Shown one piece after another: positions 19,095 to 28,798 of a stretch of DNA of 64,000 nt; position 1 is the first letter of the stretch, and the number at the start of each line of letters is the position of its first letter. Position numbers and translations under genes: made by a program. Below the pieces are notes generated by a model. That model did no database searches and was not told the origin of the DNA. It saw only the letters and a program-made list of their open reading frames with translations. The stretch lies in assembly GCA_965217895.1 (NCBI GenBank), contig CBDCJV010000002.1, forward strand, positions 1,120,001 through 1,184,000, given 5' to 3'. Source of the stretch: Waterburya sp. (GTDB lineage: Bacteria > Cyanobacteriota > Cyanobacteriia > Cyanobacteriales > Xenococcaceae).

Positions 19095-21541
19095 TAGTTA
19101 ACAGATTTAGCTAAATCAATAATTTTGTCACAGCGAAAATGCTCCACTAAAGTTTCTAATCCTTGAGCCAGGGATTCATATTCAGCGGGAATTTCTGTTA
19201 GTAGCTGATGGATTTCCTGGTTATCTACCTTCGTAGCTGCCTCATATAATTGCGATCGCCATTTTAAAGACATCACCGTTAAATCTTCAGCGGTCAAATC
19301 CCGAAGTGATGATTGCTCATAGGTGGAAATTCCTTTACCATCTTCATAAAGATACTCAACTTTTAGATACTGTCCTATTTTTGTTAATAATTCATGGTCA
19401 TGAAATGGTTTACGCATAAAATCATCACATCCAGCAGATAAAACTTCGACTTTTTCTTCCTCAAAAGCACTGGCAGTTAGGGCGATAATAATCGTTTTTT
19501 TGCCTGAAGGCTGGGATTTGATTCGCTTGGTTGCTTCATAGCCATCCATTACGGGCATTCTCATATCCATTAAAATTAGATCGGGATGCCACTCCTGCCA
19601 TTTCGCGATCGCTTCTTGACCATTGCTAGCTTCTTGGACAGCATAACCAATTGTTGTCAGCAATTTTGTTAAGAGCAAGCGACTAGGCGCAACATCATCT
19701 ACGGCTAAAATGCGATATTGTTGCTGACCTGGAACTAAACTGATAATTTTTTTCTCAACCGAACCTATGCTAGTTGTTTCAGGCATTTGTACATCCTTGG
19801 TTCTCACTAAGATATCAAAGTAGAAAACACTTCCTTTGCCTACAGTACTTTTAACCTTAAGCTCTCCTCCCATCAACTCGGCAAATTTATGACAGATAGA
19901 CAAACCTAAGCCTGTTCCTTCATTGGAAATACGTCCTATCTCCGTCTGTTCAAAAGGAGAAAACAGCCGACTCATTTCGATTGGTTCAATACCAGGGCCA
20001 GTATCTTCAACGGCAAAATACAAAGAATAGGTATCAGAGAAAAGAAAGTCAATTTGATTTTCTTTTGATTTATTACTATCGTTTAGCTTAACTACTAATG
20101 TAATTGAACCTTGATTAGTAAATTTGATCGCATTACCCAGCAGGTTAATCATAATCTGACGTAACTTTCCTTCATCAGTAAAAATAAACTGGGGAACATT
20201 GCGGTCTATATTAAAAACTAACGCTAAATTTTTTGCTTTGGCTTTAAGCCTAAGCATTTCTTCTAAGCTACTCAGCATTGTGTATAGGTCAAATTTGGTT
20301 TCGTTAAGGGTAATTTGACCTACTTCTATTTTGGACATTTCTAAAATGTCATTGATTAATCTAAGTAAATGTTCTCCGCTACGGTTAATAATTTTGAGAT
20401 TCTCTTGATGTTCTGACTCTAGTGAAGAATCACGACACATAAGCTGAGTAAAACCCAAAATTGCATTTAGAGGCGTACGCAATTCATGACTCATATTTGC
20501 CAAAAATTTGCTTTTAGCTTTGTTGGCATTTTGTGCCTGTGCTAATGCTGCCTCGGTGTTTTGAATACTATCTTCTAATTGGGCAGTTCTTTGTTCTACT
20601 TTTGTTTCTAATTCTTGGGTAAAGCTTTCTAAAACCTTAACAATATTGCGATTTGTCCGCGCTAAATGGCTAATAATTCGATAAGCTACAAAAACCGTAA
20701 TAGCTAAAATAAATAAGCTACTTAATAATCGATAAATATCAATTTTATTTAAAGATCGTTGATATTGTGCTAAATAATATTCTTCTATTAACTGTAGTTT
20801 TTTATTAAGATCGATTGATTCTATTTGTTTGAATATGCTGTTGATCTCTTGCTTTTGATTAATTAAGGTTTTGCTATAATCAACAAATCCAGTAATAACG
20901 ATTTTATCCTGAGCAAATTCTTCTTGTTTGAGCAAGTTTTCAATTCTAATAATATGTCCTTGAATAGTTGAGCTTAGGTCACTGTTTTGTCCTTGACAAT
21001 ATAAAATAGAGGTACTTAATAAATCATTTACCAAAGACACTAGACTACTATCTGATGGTAGATTATTACCAAGTATTTGCGGATTAGTAGTTAGCTCATT
21101 TTTTAGTTGAGGAATATAAGTACAAGATTGATTTAAGGCGATTTGGTAATTTTCTAATTGTTCAATAAGTTTACTTTTAGAAGCAAGTAGTGCTGATTCA
21201 GTCTCTAATTTACTCTTTAAAATATTTTGCTGTTCTTGATTTAGAAAACTCGGTGTTTCTTGTAGCTTGCTAATTGCTGAATTGGTAAAAGCCCACTGTA
21301 AATCTAGACTATCATCTAATTCTGAGGTTAAATATTTTGACTTTAACAGCTTTTTTTCTAAATCAAATACCTCTTGTCTTGCTGCTTGAATAGCTTGCTG
21401 ATATTCATTTGCTTTTTGTTGGTTCAAGGGCAAACTCTGCTTAATTAAAAAAAACATCAGTAGACTGCTAAATCCGCCAACAATAATATAAAAATATATC
21501 CATAGCGAATCCTGTGGTTTTTTCTGAGAAAATAAACTCAA
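19094..21541 (-). CDS. Membrane hybrid histidine kinase (all-helical periplasmic sensor, possibly DAHL; HisKA-HATPase-REC)
   Basis: Two TMs, FLANMSHELRTPLN, NLLGNAIKFT, DTGPGI, GTGLGL, C-terminal REC; stop overlaps the downstream start. Confidence 0.92.
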   Translation of the reverse strand: MSLFSQKKPQDSLWIYFYIIVGGFSSLLMFFLIKQSLPLNQQKANEYQQAIQAARQEVFDLEKKLLKSKYLTSELDDSLDLQWAFTNSAISKLQETPSFLNQEQQNILKSKLETESALLASKSKLIEQLENYQIALNQSCTYIPQLKNELTTNPQILGNNLPSDSSLVSLVNDLLSTSILYCQGQNSDLSSTIQGHIIRIENLLKQEEFAQDKIVITGFVDYSKTLINQKQEINSIFKQIESIDLNKKLQLIEEYYLAQYQRSLNKIDIYRLLSSLFILAITVFVAYRIISHLARTNRNIVKVLESFTQELETKVEQRTAQLEDSIQNTEAALAQAQNANKAKSKFLANMSHELRTPLNAILGFTQLMCRDSSLESEHQENLKIINRSGEHLLRLINDILEMSKIEVGQITLNETKFDLYTMLSSLEEMLRLKAKAKNLALVFNIDRNVPQFIFTDEGKLRQIMINLLGNAIKFTNQGSITLVVKLNDSNKSKENQIDFLFSDTYSLYFAVEDTGPGIEPIEMSRLFSPFEQTEIGRISNEGTGLGLSICHKFAELMGGELKVKSTVGKGSVFYFDILVRTKDVQMPETTSIGSVEKKIISLVPGQQQYRILAVDDVAPSRLLLTKLLTTIGYAVQEASNGQEAIAKWQEWHPDLILMDMRMPVMDGYEATKRIKSQPSGKKTIIIALTASAFEEEKVEVLSAGCDDFMRKPFHDHELLTKIGQYLKVEYLYEDGKGISTYEQSSLRDLTAEDLTVMSLKWRSQLYEAATKVDNQEIHQLLTEIPAEYESLAQGLETLVEHFRCDKIIDLAKSVN

Positions 21542-21981
21542 AATTTGTTTCCTAACTAGTGACTAAACTTTGATAATACTTTGATGGTCTATTTACTTAA
21601 TTAATAATGAGTTACCAAAAAACAGAACAATCAAAGTCACAGATTACTCCGCCACGTTCGATATAAACAGACTAAGCTTGCTGTGACCGTCGAGCAATTT
21701 TCTACTATCGAAAAATAGTAATTTTTAAATATGTTAAATCTAGTACTAAGAAAATATACTTTGATTTATAGGTGATCTACAAAATAACCTTTGCTATTAA
21801 CAAGTGTAAATACGGGAATTCTCGGAAATTAAAACCATTGAAGACTTATAACAATTAATATACGAATTCGTTTAGAGCGATCGCACTGGCTCAAGTTAAG
21901 GCTGCGATCGCTAATCTACTAGCAAAAGCACTAGCATTACTTAGATTTTGCAGATAAAGCAATACGTACTTATATTAGGAC

Positions 21982-22006
21982 ACTTGTTACTTGTTACTTG
22001 TTACTT
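21982..22006. repeat. Heptamer tandem repeat (STRR-type) ACTTGTT x3.5
   Basis: Seen directly. Confidence 0.8.
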
Positions 22007-22170
22007 ACGAGAAGTTCATTTTTCTGTCATAACCAGTCAATGTAATGCGATAAATAGCTGTACAGGAATTAAATAAAATGCAACAAGTCTATAAAAGCTA
22101 TAGGGTTTTAACCGACAATTTTATCAGGGTGAACTGAGTTGGAATAATATCCTCAAATGTTGTACCTCAA

Positions 22171-23067
22171 CTATTTCTCCTCAAAATGAAAATGCTGCTT
22201 AAAAAACTCAGTAAATAGTCCGATCTTAGTATTCAAATGTCGATTTAAAGGATAGATAAGACAAAGAGAAATTGCTGGTGGTTGATAGTCGGGTAAGACG
22301 ATTTTCAGAGTTTCTGCTTCTAGTTCTTGTTTAATAATAAAGGTGGGCAACAGAGCAATACCTAAACCTTTAACGGCTGCATCTTTTAATACCTCGCCAT
22401 TATTAGAACAAAATACGCCCTTAACTGTCACCCGATACTCTTGCTTATTGTTAATTAATTGCCATTGGTTTCCTGTTACTATCTGCCCATAATGCAGACA
22501 GGAATGCTCCCTTAACTCTAAAGGATGATTGGGTAGTCCACGGCGGTTGAGATAGCCACCAGAAGCACAAAGAACTCTAGATATAGGAGCGATCGCCTGA
22601 CATACTAGGCTGGAAGATGTCTCAGGTTGGGAGATTCTAATGGTTAGATCGTATCCTTCGGCAATTGGATCGATAAAGCGATCGTCTAGAGTTAACTGTA
22701 CCTGCAAATCTGGGTATTGAGCCATAAATTTGGCGATCGCCTTGCCTAAATGTAAAGTACCAAAGGACATCGGCGCATTAATTTTTAGCGTTCCTTTTGG
22801 TTCTGTTTGTAGCTGCGATACGGCAATTTCTGCTGTTTCCACCTCCGCTAATATATTGACGCATCGTTCATAAAAAGCTAGCCCTGTGGGTGTGGGATTA
22901 ACCTGACGGGTGCTGCGCTGTAGTAGCTGTACTTTTAATTCATTTTCTAAGTTGATTACTAGCTTATTTACAGTTGAACGGGATACGTTCATCTTTCTCG
23001 CAGCAGCAGCAAAGCCACCTGAGCGTACTACTTGAGCAAAGGCTTCCATACTGGCAAACTTATCCAT
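22171..23067 (-). CDS. LysR-family transcriptional regulator (CrgA-like)
   Basis: [16 protein letters not shown]...[12 protein letters not shown]; start more likely MDKFASM at 23067 than 23100. Confidence 0.93.
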   Translation of the reverse strand: MDKFASMEAFAQVVRSGGFAAAARKMNVSRSTVNKLVINLENELKVQLLQRSTRQVNPTPTGLAFYERCVNILAEVETAEIAVSQLQTEPKGTLKINAPMSFGTLHLGKAIAKFMAQYPDLQVQLTLDDRFIDPIAEGYDLTIRISQPETSSSLVCQAIAPISRVLCASGGYLNRRGLPNHPLELREHSCLHYGQIVTGNQWQLINNKQEYRVTVKGVFCSNNGEVLKDAAVKGLGIALLPTFIIKQELEAETLKIVLPDYQPPAISLCLIYPLNRHLNTKIGLFTEFFKQHFHFEEK

Positions 23068-23069
23068 AG

Positions 23070-23092
23070 ATTGTAGAAAAAATAGATACAAT
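23070..23092. promoter_or_regulatory. Probable LysR operator in the divergent lysR/pirin intergenic region
   Basis: Palindrome ATTGTA-N11-TACAAT immediately before the LysR start. Confidence 0.5.
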
Positions 23093-23173
23093 ACGTCCAT
23101 TAAATATCATATTGTCTTTTATTTTAAGCTGATTCATAATATTTATATAAGCTTAAAAAGGAGGTCAAACCAG

Positions 23174-23878
23174 ATGATTACTATTCGTCCTCAAGCAGAA
23201 AGGGGTACAGCCAACTTTAGCTGGCTAGATAGCAAACATAGCTTTTCTTTTGGCAACTATTACGATCCACAACAGATGGGTTTTGCCAGCTTACGAGTAA
23301 TCAATGAAGACAAAATAATACCAGGTAAAGGTTTTGGTACTCACGGACATCAAGACATGGAAATTATCTCTTATGTCCTCTCAGGAGAATTGGCACATAA
23401 AGATAGTATGGGCAATGGTTCAATAATTCGCCCAGGAAACGTGCAGCGAATGTCCGCGGGGACAGGGGTTAGGCACAGCGAATTTAATGCTTCAGACACC
23501 GAGCCTGTTCATTTGTTACAAATCTGGATTATGCCAGAGCAAAGAAGCTTAAAACCTAGCTATGAAGAAAAAAACTTTGCCCCTGAAGCAAAACAAGGCA
23601 AACTAAAATTGGTAGGTTCAAAAGATGGGCGAGACAACTCCGTAACTATTCATCAAGATGTAGATCTTTATTTAGCTAGCTTAACTTCTAGCGATCGCTT
23701 AATTCACGAAATCAAAAATGACCGTGTAGCTTGGCTACAGGTAGCAAAAGGAGCAGTGTTGCTAAACGAAAAACTACTCCAGGCTGGAGATGGTGCTGCC
23801 ATCACTGATGAAACTAAAATTGCGATCGCTGGAAATGATCGAGACAGTGAAGTATTACTGTTTGATATGGCAAGGTAA
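23174..23878 (+). CDS. Pirin family protein (YhhW-like)
   Basis: WLDS.HSFSF..YYDP, GFGTHGHQDMEI, MSAGTGVRHSE, LLQIWI; GGAGG RBS. Confidence 0.93.
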   Translation: MITIRPQAERGTANFSWLDSKHSFSFGNYYDPQQMGFASLRVINEDKIIPGKGFGTHGHQDMEIISYVLSGELAHKDSMGNGSIIRPGNVQRMSAGTGVRHSEFNASDTEPVHLLQIWIMPEQRSLKPSYEEKNFAPEAKQGKLKLVGSKDGRDNSVTIHQDVDLYLASLTSSDRLIHEIKNDRVAWLQVAKGAVLLNEKLLQAGDGAAITDETKIAIAGNDRDSEVLLFDMAR

Positions 23879-23942
23879 ACGAAGATAATTACTTTTTCTT
23901 TTACCCGTTGCCTTTTCAATACTATTTCATTTAAGCTCACAT

Positions 23943-24839
23943 TTAAGGTATGGGGGGAAGTTCTGATTTCCCCTCTGTTGGTGAATCCTTAAAATTAGAA
24001 ACCATCTCCTGTATTTGCGGATTGTTCAAAAACTTGCGGGTATCTTCAATTAACTTTTCTCCCCAAAGGTTGTCTTGTAAAAATTGAATATCTGCATAGC
24101 GATTATCAATTGCTAAAGCTGCCTTACCCAATTCAATCCCTTTTTTGACATCTCCCTCGGTAAACAGAGCTACAGCCAAAGCTAGTTGAGGCTCTGGCTG
24201 TTTGCCGTCTACTTTAAGTACAGACTGCCATTTCTCAATTGCTTTTTCGCGATCGCCTTGTTCGTATTCTACCAAACCCACATTATTCAGTGCAGGCCAA
24301 AAAGTTGCTTCTTGAGCAAAAGCTGTTTCATAGGATTCGATTGCTTGGTCAAACTCAGATAATTTGAGGTAGGTATTACCCAAATCAAATAATGCTTCTG
24401 GGGAATTTTGCTTTATTTTTAAGCCTGCTTCTAGCTTATCTCTGGCTGCTTCATAATCACCTTGCTGAAAATAAGCATTACCCAAACTAAATAAAATACC
24501 TTCTTCTTCTTTTGGGGCAAGAGCTTCCGCCTTTTCTAAAGCTTTTACACCTTTGTTAAGCTTTTTTTCTTGAACATACAGACTTCCAAGAATAAACCAG
24601 GTTTCGTAGTTGCCAGAAGCTAACTGAGTCGCTAATTCGGCTCTAGGTAATGCTAGGTCGTACTGTTGAAAGCGAATTAGCTGTACTGCGTCTTGAAGCA
24701 GCTGTAGCCCCTGTGCTTCTAGTTTTCCAGAATCTAGCTTGGGTATATATGGTAGTACGGCTTGTCCTCTAACTGGCAAAGATATACTAGTAATGCCAGC
24801 GCAAGCTATCAAAGAAATCAACCAGTTAAGTTTAGACAC
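23943..24839 (-). CDS. Exported tetratricopeptide-repeat protein
   Basis: Signal peptide plus multiple TPR motifs (LFSLGNAYF, LFDLGNTY, ALNNVGLV). Confidence 0.88.
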   Translation of the reverse strand: MSKLNWLISLIACAGITSISLPVRGQAVLPYIPKLDSGKLEAQGLQLLQDAVQLIRFQQYDLALPRAELATQLASGNYETWFILGSLYVQEKKLNKGVKALEKAEALAPKEEEGILFSLGNAYFQQGDYEAARDKLEAGLKIKQNSPEALFDLGNTYLKLSEFDQAIESYETAFAQEATFWPALNNVGLVEYEQGDREKAIEKWQSVLKVDGKQPEPQLALAVALFTEGDVKKGIELGKAALAIDNRYADIQFLQDNLWGEKLIEDTRKFLNNPQIQEMVSNFKDSPTEGKSELPPIP

Positions 24840-25069
24840 AGTAATATTTCAATTTATAAGTTCTTAATATTCACAAGTTACTTCATTGTCTAGCAGAACG
24901 GCAAATTTTCTCCAGACTTTTATAGTTAATTGAATAATCAAAGCCCCTGCAAATCATAATTTATAAATATTTTAATAGACCTCTGACTTAAATATACGCC
25001 TTTTAAATCTGAGTTATGAAAATATCTTGCGTCTAATGCAAATTAGCGGTTTAATTTGTTTCTTAGGAG

Positions 25070-26788
25070 TTAATAATTAAAACTATCTTCTAAGCGATCG
25101 AGCATTAAATCATCAGAACTAGGATTACGCCACAGTTGGTTTAATCCACTAGCGGGCATTGTTAAATATAAAATGTCTTGAGGCTGCAAGGATATTTCTA
25201 ATAATTGCCAATTATGTAAGGTTTGATTTTTTCTTTCTAAGTATAAAGGCACAAAATCTCCTTTAATTGCTGCGGTTTCCACAGTCTGACCGAAGAATGG
25301 ATGTCTTGGCGTAATCATGGTTGCCAAAGCTACCCAGAGCAAATCTTGAGTCATCCCATTGCCTAAAATTCTGCCTCCTAAAGCTGCTGCTGCAAAGGAA
25401 TAGGTGGCAAGCTCTACAGGAGACAAAACATGGTCAAATTCAAATACCTCCTGCATTGATTGAGCAAACTGAGGATCGCCACTACGCACTACGGTTTTGA
25501 TGTACGGCGACAATGCTTTGGCAGTAAGACTAATCTCTAGGTTGGCTGTATCATGACTAGTAATGGCAATTAAACTGGTAGCGCGTTTGATGTTGACTGC
25601 CTTGAGAGTTGAGGGCATACTAGCATCTTCTATAATTACGGGAATGCCTCTAGAACGGGCAGAACGCAAAAAACGGTTATTTGGATCGGATTCGATCACT
25701 ACTACTTCGTGTCCCTGGGCATGAAGTTGATGGGCTACCTTGATTCCTAATCCACCTAAACCACAGACAATATGGTGATTTTGCCGAGGAATTCTAGCTG
25801 CATCTAATGTTTGCCGAAAACGACTACCCAAAACAAAATCATTGATCAAAGCGTAACAGATACCAATTACTCCCGCACCAACAATCATCATGATTGCCGT
25901 AAAAACCTTGATATAATTAGAACCTGATTCAGCAACTTCTTCTTTTCCTCCTGCGCCAGTAATCATGCCCACAGAAAAATAAAGCGCATCAGCTAGGGAA
26001 ATCTGTTGATTAACGCTGACGTAAATTAGGGTGGCAATAAAAATCACCGTTAATAAAGCAAGGCTGACTAAAGTTACGGGACGAGCATAATGCTGATAAC
26101 GAGGAAGATTTAAAATTGCTTTTAATATTTTTTTCTGCCAAGATCGACGTTTGGTGACAACATTGGGTTTTGTGCCGACGATTAAGCGATCGCCTAACTG
26201 TAGACGACTACCCTGTTTGACTGCCGAAACTAAATCTGTTTCTCCTTTGACGGGCAGGTAGTAAATCAGCATACGGTTGGGGTTATCCCAGAGTTCATTT
26301 AGTTTTATACCTAACCAGGGATGATCGAGATCGATAATTTCTTCTTGTATGGGCCAAGTACGATTAAATAACTGTAGTTGACCAATAGCTTTATTACCCA
26401 AGGCTGCAAAGGTGAACAGTGGGGCAGAAAGAGCAGCCACGCTCATTGTAAAGTGATCTGGTAAGGTCAAATCCAGGCGATCGCCTAGAGTATGATTTAA
26501 AAGGCGATTGATAATTCTAATCTGGGGATTTAAAACTCTCGCCTGGGTCAAAATAGCTAAGTTTAAGGCATCATCATCATTAACTAAAACTAAAGTCGTG
26601 GCGTGTCTAATTCCTGCTTGAATTAGGGTGGTGTTGTTGCGTGGGTCGCCAACAATAATTTGTTTACTGGGAAACCTATCTACTGGACGTTCACTAACGG
26701 CTACGACTTCTGCACCTTGTTGTTTTAACAAACTGTATATTTTAGAACCAGTACGCCCTAAGCCACAAACAATAATCTTGGGTTGCAT
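25070..26788 (-). CDS. RCK/TrkA-domain ion (K+) channel-family protein
   Basis: Two Rossmann RCK_N domains (IVCGLGRTG; IVCGLGGLG) flanking a 2-TM pore module (DALYFSVGMITGAGG). Confidence 0.85.
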   Translation of the reverse strand: MQPKIIVCGLGRTGSKIYSLLKQQGAEVVAVSERPVDRFPSKQIIVGDPRNNTTLIQAGIRHATTLVLVNDDDALNLAILTQARVLNPQIRIINRLLNHTLGDRLDLTLPDHFTMSVAALSAPLFTFAALGNKAIGQLQLFNRTWPIQEEIIDLDHPWLGIKLNELWDNPNRMLIYYLPVKGETDLVSAVKQGSRLQLGDRLIVGTKPNVVTKRRSWQKKILKAILNLPRYQHYARPVTLVSLALLTVIFIATLIYVSVNQQISLADALYFSVGMITGAGGKEEVAESGSNYIKVFTAIMMIVGAGVIGICYALINDFVLGSRFRQTLDAARIPRQNHHIVCGLGGLGIKVAHQLHAQGHEVVVIESDPNNRFLRSARSRGIPVIIEDASMPSTLKAVNIKRATSLIAITSHDTANLEISLTAKALSPYIKTVVRSGDPQFAQSMQEVFEFDHVLSPVELATYSFAAAALGGRILGNGMTQDLLWVALATMITPRHPFFGQTVETAAIKGDFVPLYLERKNQTLHNWQLLEISLQPQDILYLTMPASGLNQLWRNPSSDDLMLDRLEDSFNY

Positions 26789-27364
26789 AAGCTTTTTCGT
26801 AGAGCATGGGAATGTATTTGCTCTGACTATAATTAATTGTCTTTAACTATGAATGCTCTTGCTGTATACCTGCACACTTTCTTAAGAGATGTGGTAAACA
26901 GCTATTGGATGAACGAGAACAATAGCTTGATTCAGGTCAAGCGTGAAATTTACAAGCCCCTTGCACAAATGTAGTGGAAACAAGGGATGGAATAGCGATC
27001 GCTTATTTTATATAACGTCAGTTCGACGAAAGCTTGGAAAGAAAAAAAGGCTGAGACATAAACTCGTATTAAAGCATAGTTCGAGTATCTCAGCGTTTTG
27101 ATCAGCGTATATGCGGAAATGCGCCTTTGTGTTGCACTTGCTAACGGCGACTCACCGCTAGTTACATGATGACATCAGCATTAAATCTAGTTTTTTCCCT
27201 TTCTTACCTCGTTAATTTTTACTGGTACGAGGACAGTTTGGGTTTCAACGCTAGCAACAGCTATTAAACTTACTAGCAATAGACCGATTAAAAACATAAT
27301 GATTATTCTCTTAGTTTAGTGTTCAGTGTTGGCTTTAAATTGAGATTGGAGTGATATCTTAATT

Positions 27365-27401
27365 AAAAAGCGTCTCTATTATTTAGAAGAGACGCTTTTT
27401 T
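27365..27401. terminator. Intrinsic terminator of psbA
   Basis: AAAAAGCGTCTCT ... AGAGACGCTTTTT. Confidence 0.85.
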
Positions 27402-27444
27402 CAGACCTTATTCAAGATTTAAGGTTTTGTTAGTGACTTTAACC

Positions 27445-28527
27445 TTAACCGTTGATAGCAGGAGCAGTTAGTGCTACAGGAGCAATATCGCCACTGGCTA
27501 AGTCAAGCGGGAAGTTGTGAGCGTTACGTTCGTGCATGACCTCAAAACCTAGGTTGGCTCGGTTCAAGATGTCTGCCCATGTGTTGACTACACGACCCTG
27601 TGAATCCATTACCGACTGGTTGAAGTTAAATCCATTCAGGTTGAACGCCATGGTGGATATTCCCATTGCTGTGAACCAGATGCCGATTACTGGCCATGCT
27701 CCTAAGAAGAAGTGCAAGGCACGTGAGTTGTTGAAACTTGCGTACTGGAAGATTAGACGACCGAAGTAGCCGTGGGCTGCGACGATGTTGTATGTTTCTT
27801 CTTCTTGTCCGAATTTGTAGCCGTAGTTTTGTGATTCGCTTTCGGTTGTTTCACGTACCAAGGATGATGTTACCAACGAACCGTGCATGGCAGAGAATAA
27901 TGCTCCACCGAATACTCCTGCTACTCCTAACATGTGGAACGGGTGCATCAGGATGTTGTGTTCTGCTTGGAAGACTAACATGAAGTTGAATGTTCCAGAG
28001 ATACCCAGCGGCATACCATCAGAGAATGAACCTTGTCCTAGGGGATAGATTAGAAATACTGCTGTGGCTGCTGATACTGGTGCTGAGTAGGCTACACATA
28101 TCCAAGGACGCATTCCTAATCTGAATGATAGTTCCCACTGACGACCCAGGTATGAGAATACGCCGATCAGGAAGTGAAAGATTATCAGTTGGTATGGTCC
28201 ACCGTTATATAACCATTCGTCAAGTGATGCTGCTTCCCAAATTGGGTAGAAGTGAAGACCAATTGCATTGGAGCTAGGTACTACTGCACCTGAGATGATG
28301 TTGTTTCCGTATAGTAGCGAACCTGCTACAGGTTCACGGATGCCGTCGATGTCTACAGGGGGTGCTGCGACGAAGGCGATTAGGAAACAGGTTGTTGCTG
28401 CTAGGAGTGTCGGGATCATTAGGACTCCAAACCAACCGACATAGATGCGGTTGTTGGTGCTGGTGATCCACTGACAGAACCTTTCCCAGCTATTCTGGGT
28501 TTGGGTTTGTTGTAAAGTGGTTGTCAT
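27445..28527 (-). CDS. psbA: Photosystem II D1 protein, standard form with Gln130
   Basis: Unmistakable D1 sequence; Mn ligands D170, E189, H332, E333, D342, A344 intact; PYQL (Q130). Confidence 0.99.
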   Translation of the reverse strand: MTTTLQQTQTQNSWERFCQWITSTNNRIYVGWFGVLMIPTLLAATTCFLIAFVAAPPVDIDGIREPVAGSLLYGNNIISGAVVPSSNAIGLHFYPIWEAASLDEWLYNGGPYQLIIFHFLIGVFSYLGRQWELSFRLGMRPWICVAYSAPVSAATAVFLIYPLGQGSFSDGMPLGISGTFNFMLVFQAEHNILMHPFHMLGVAGVFGGALFSAMHGSLVTSSLVRETTESESQNYGYKFGQEEETYNIVAAHGYFGRLIFQYASFNNSRALHFFLGAWPVIGIWFTAMGISTMAFNLNGFNFNQSVMDSQGRVVNTWADILNRANLGFEVMHERNAHNFPLDLASGDIAPVALTAPAING

Positions 28528-28621
28528 TTGTGTTTATGATTGCGTGTATATGTATTTAATGTTCTATTTCTAGAACCAGATGGAAACGAGAAAAATAATG
28601 TGTTTCTTCATCCATGTAACC

Positions 28622-28660
28622 AATATAGCTAAGTATTAATACTTTGTCAAGTTATGTAAC
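28622..28660 (-). promoter_or_regulatory. psbA promoter (-35 TTGACA, 17 bp, -10 TATATT) overlapped by an HLR1/RpaB-type direct repeat
   Basis: Minus strand reads GTTACATA-AC-TTGACAAAgtattaatacttagcTATATT. Confidence 0.8.
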
Positions 28661-28798
28661 AATATTCTTGACTATATCTATCAGAAGTTATACATAATTT
28701 ATCGCTCTAAGCTTGTAACAGATAACTTCACTGCTACAACTATCACAAATAAATATGCCTACGTCTGAAGGATAGACTAAAAAAGACCTAATAAAAAT

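Noticed and set aside
27536..27983. Plus-strand ORFs overlapping psbA (and similar shadow ORFs opposite rbp, kinase, ABC, GT and DUF3616 genes)
   Set aside because: Antisense or alternative-frame shadows of well-supported genes with no recognisable features
27445..28527. psbA as an atypical (rogue, ChlF or far-red) D1
   Set aside because: All Mn4CaO5 ligands and the normal C-terminal processing site are intact; it is a standard Q130 D1
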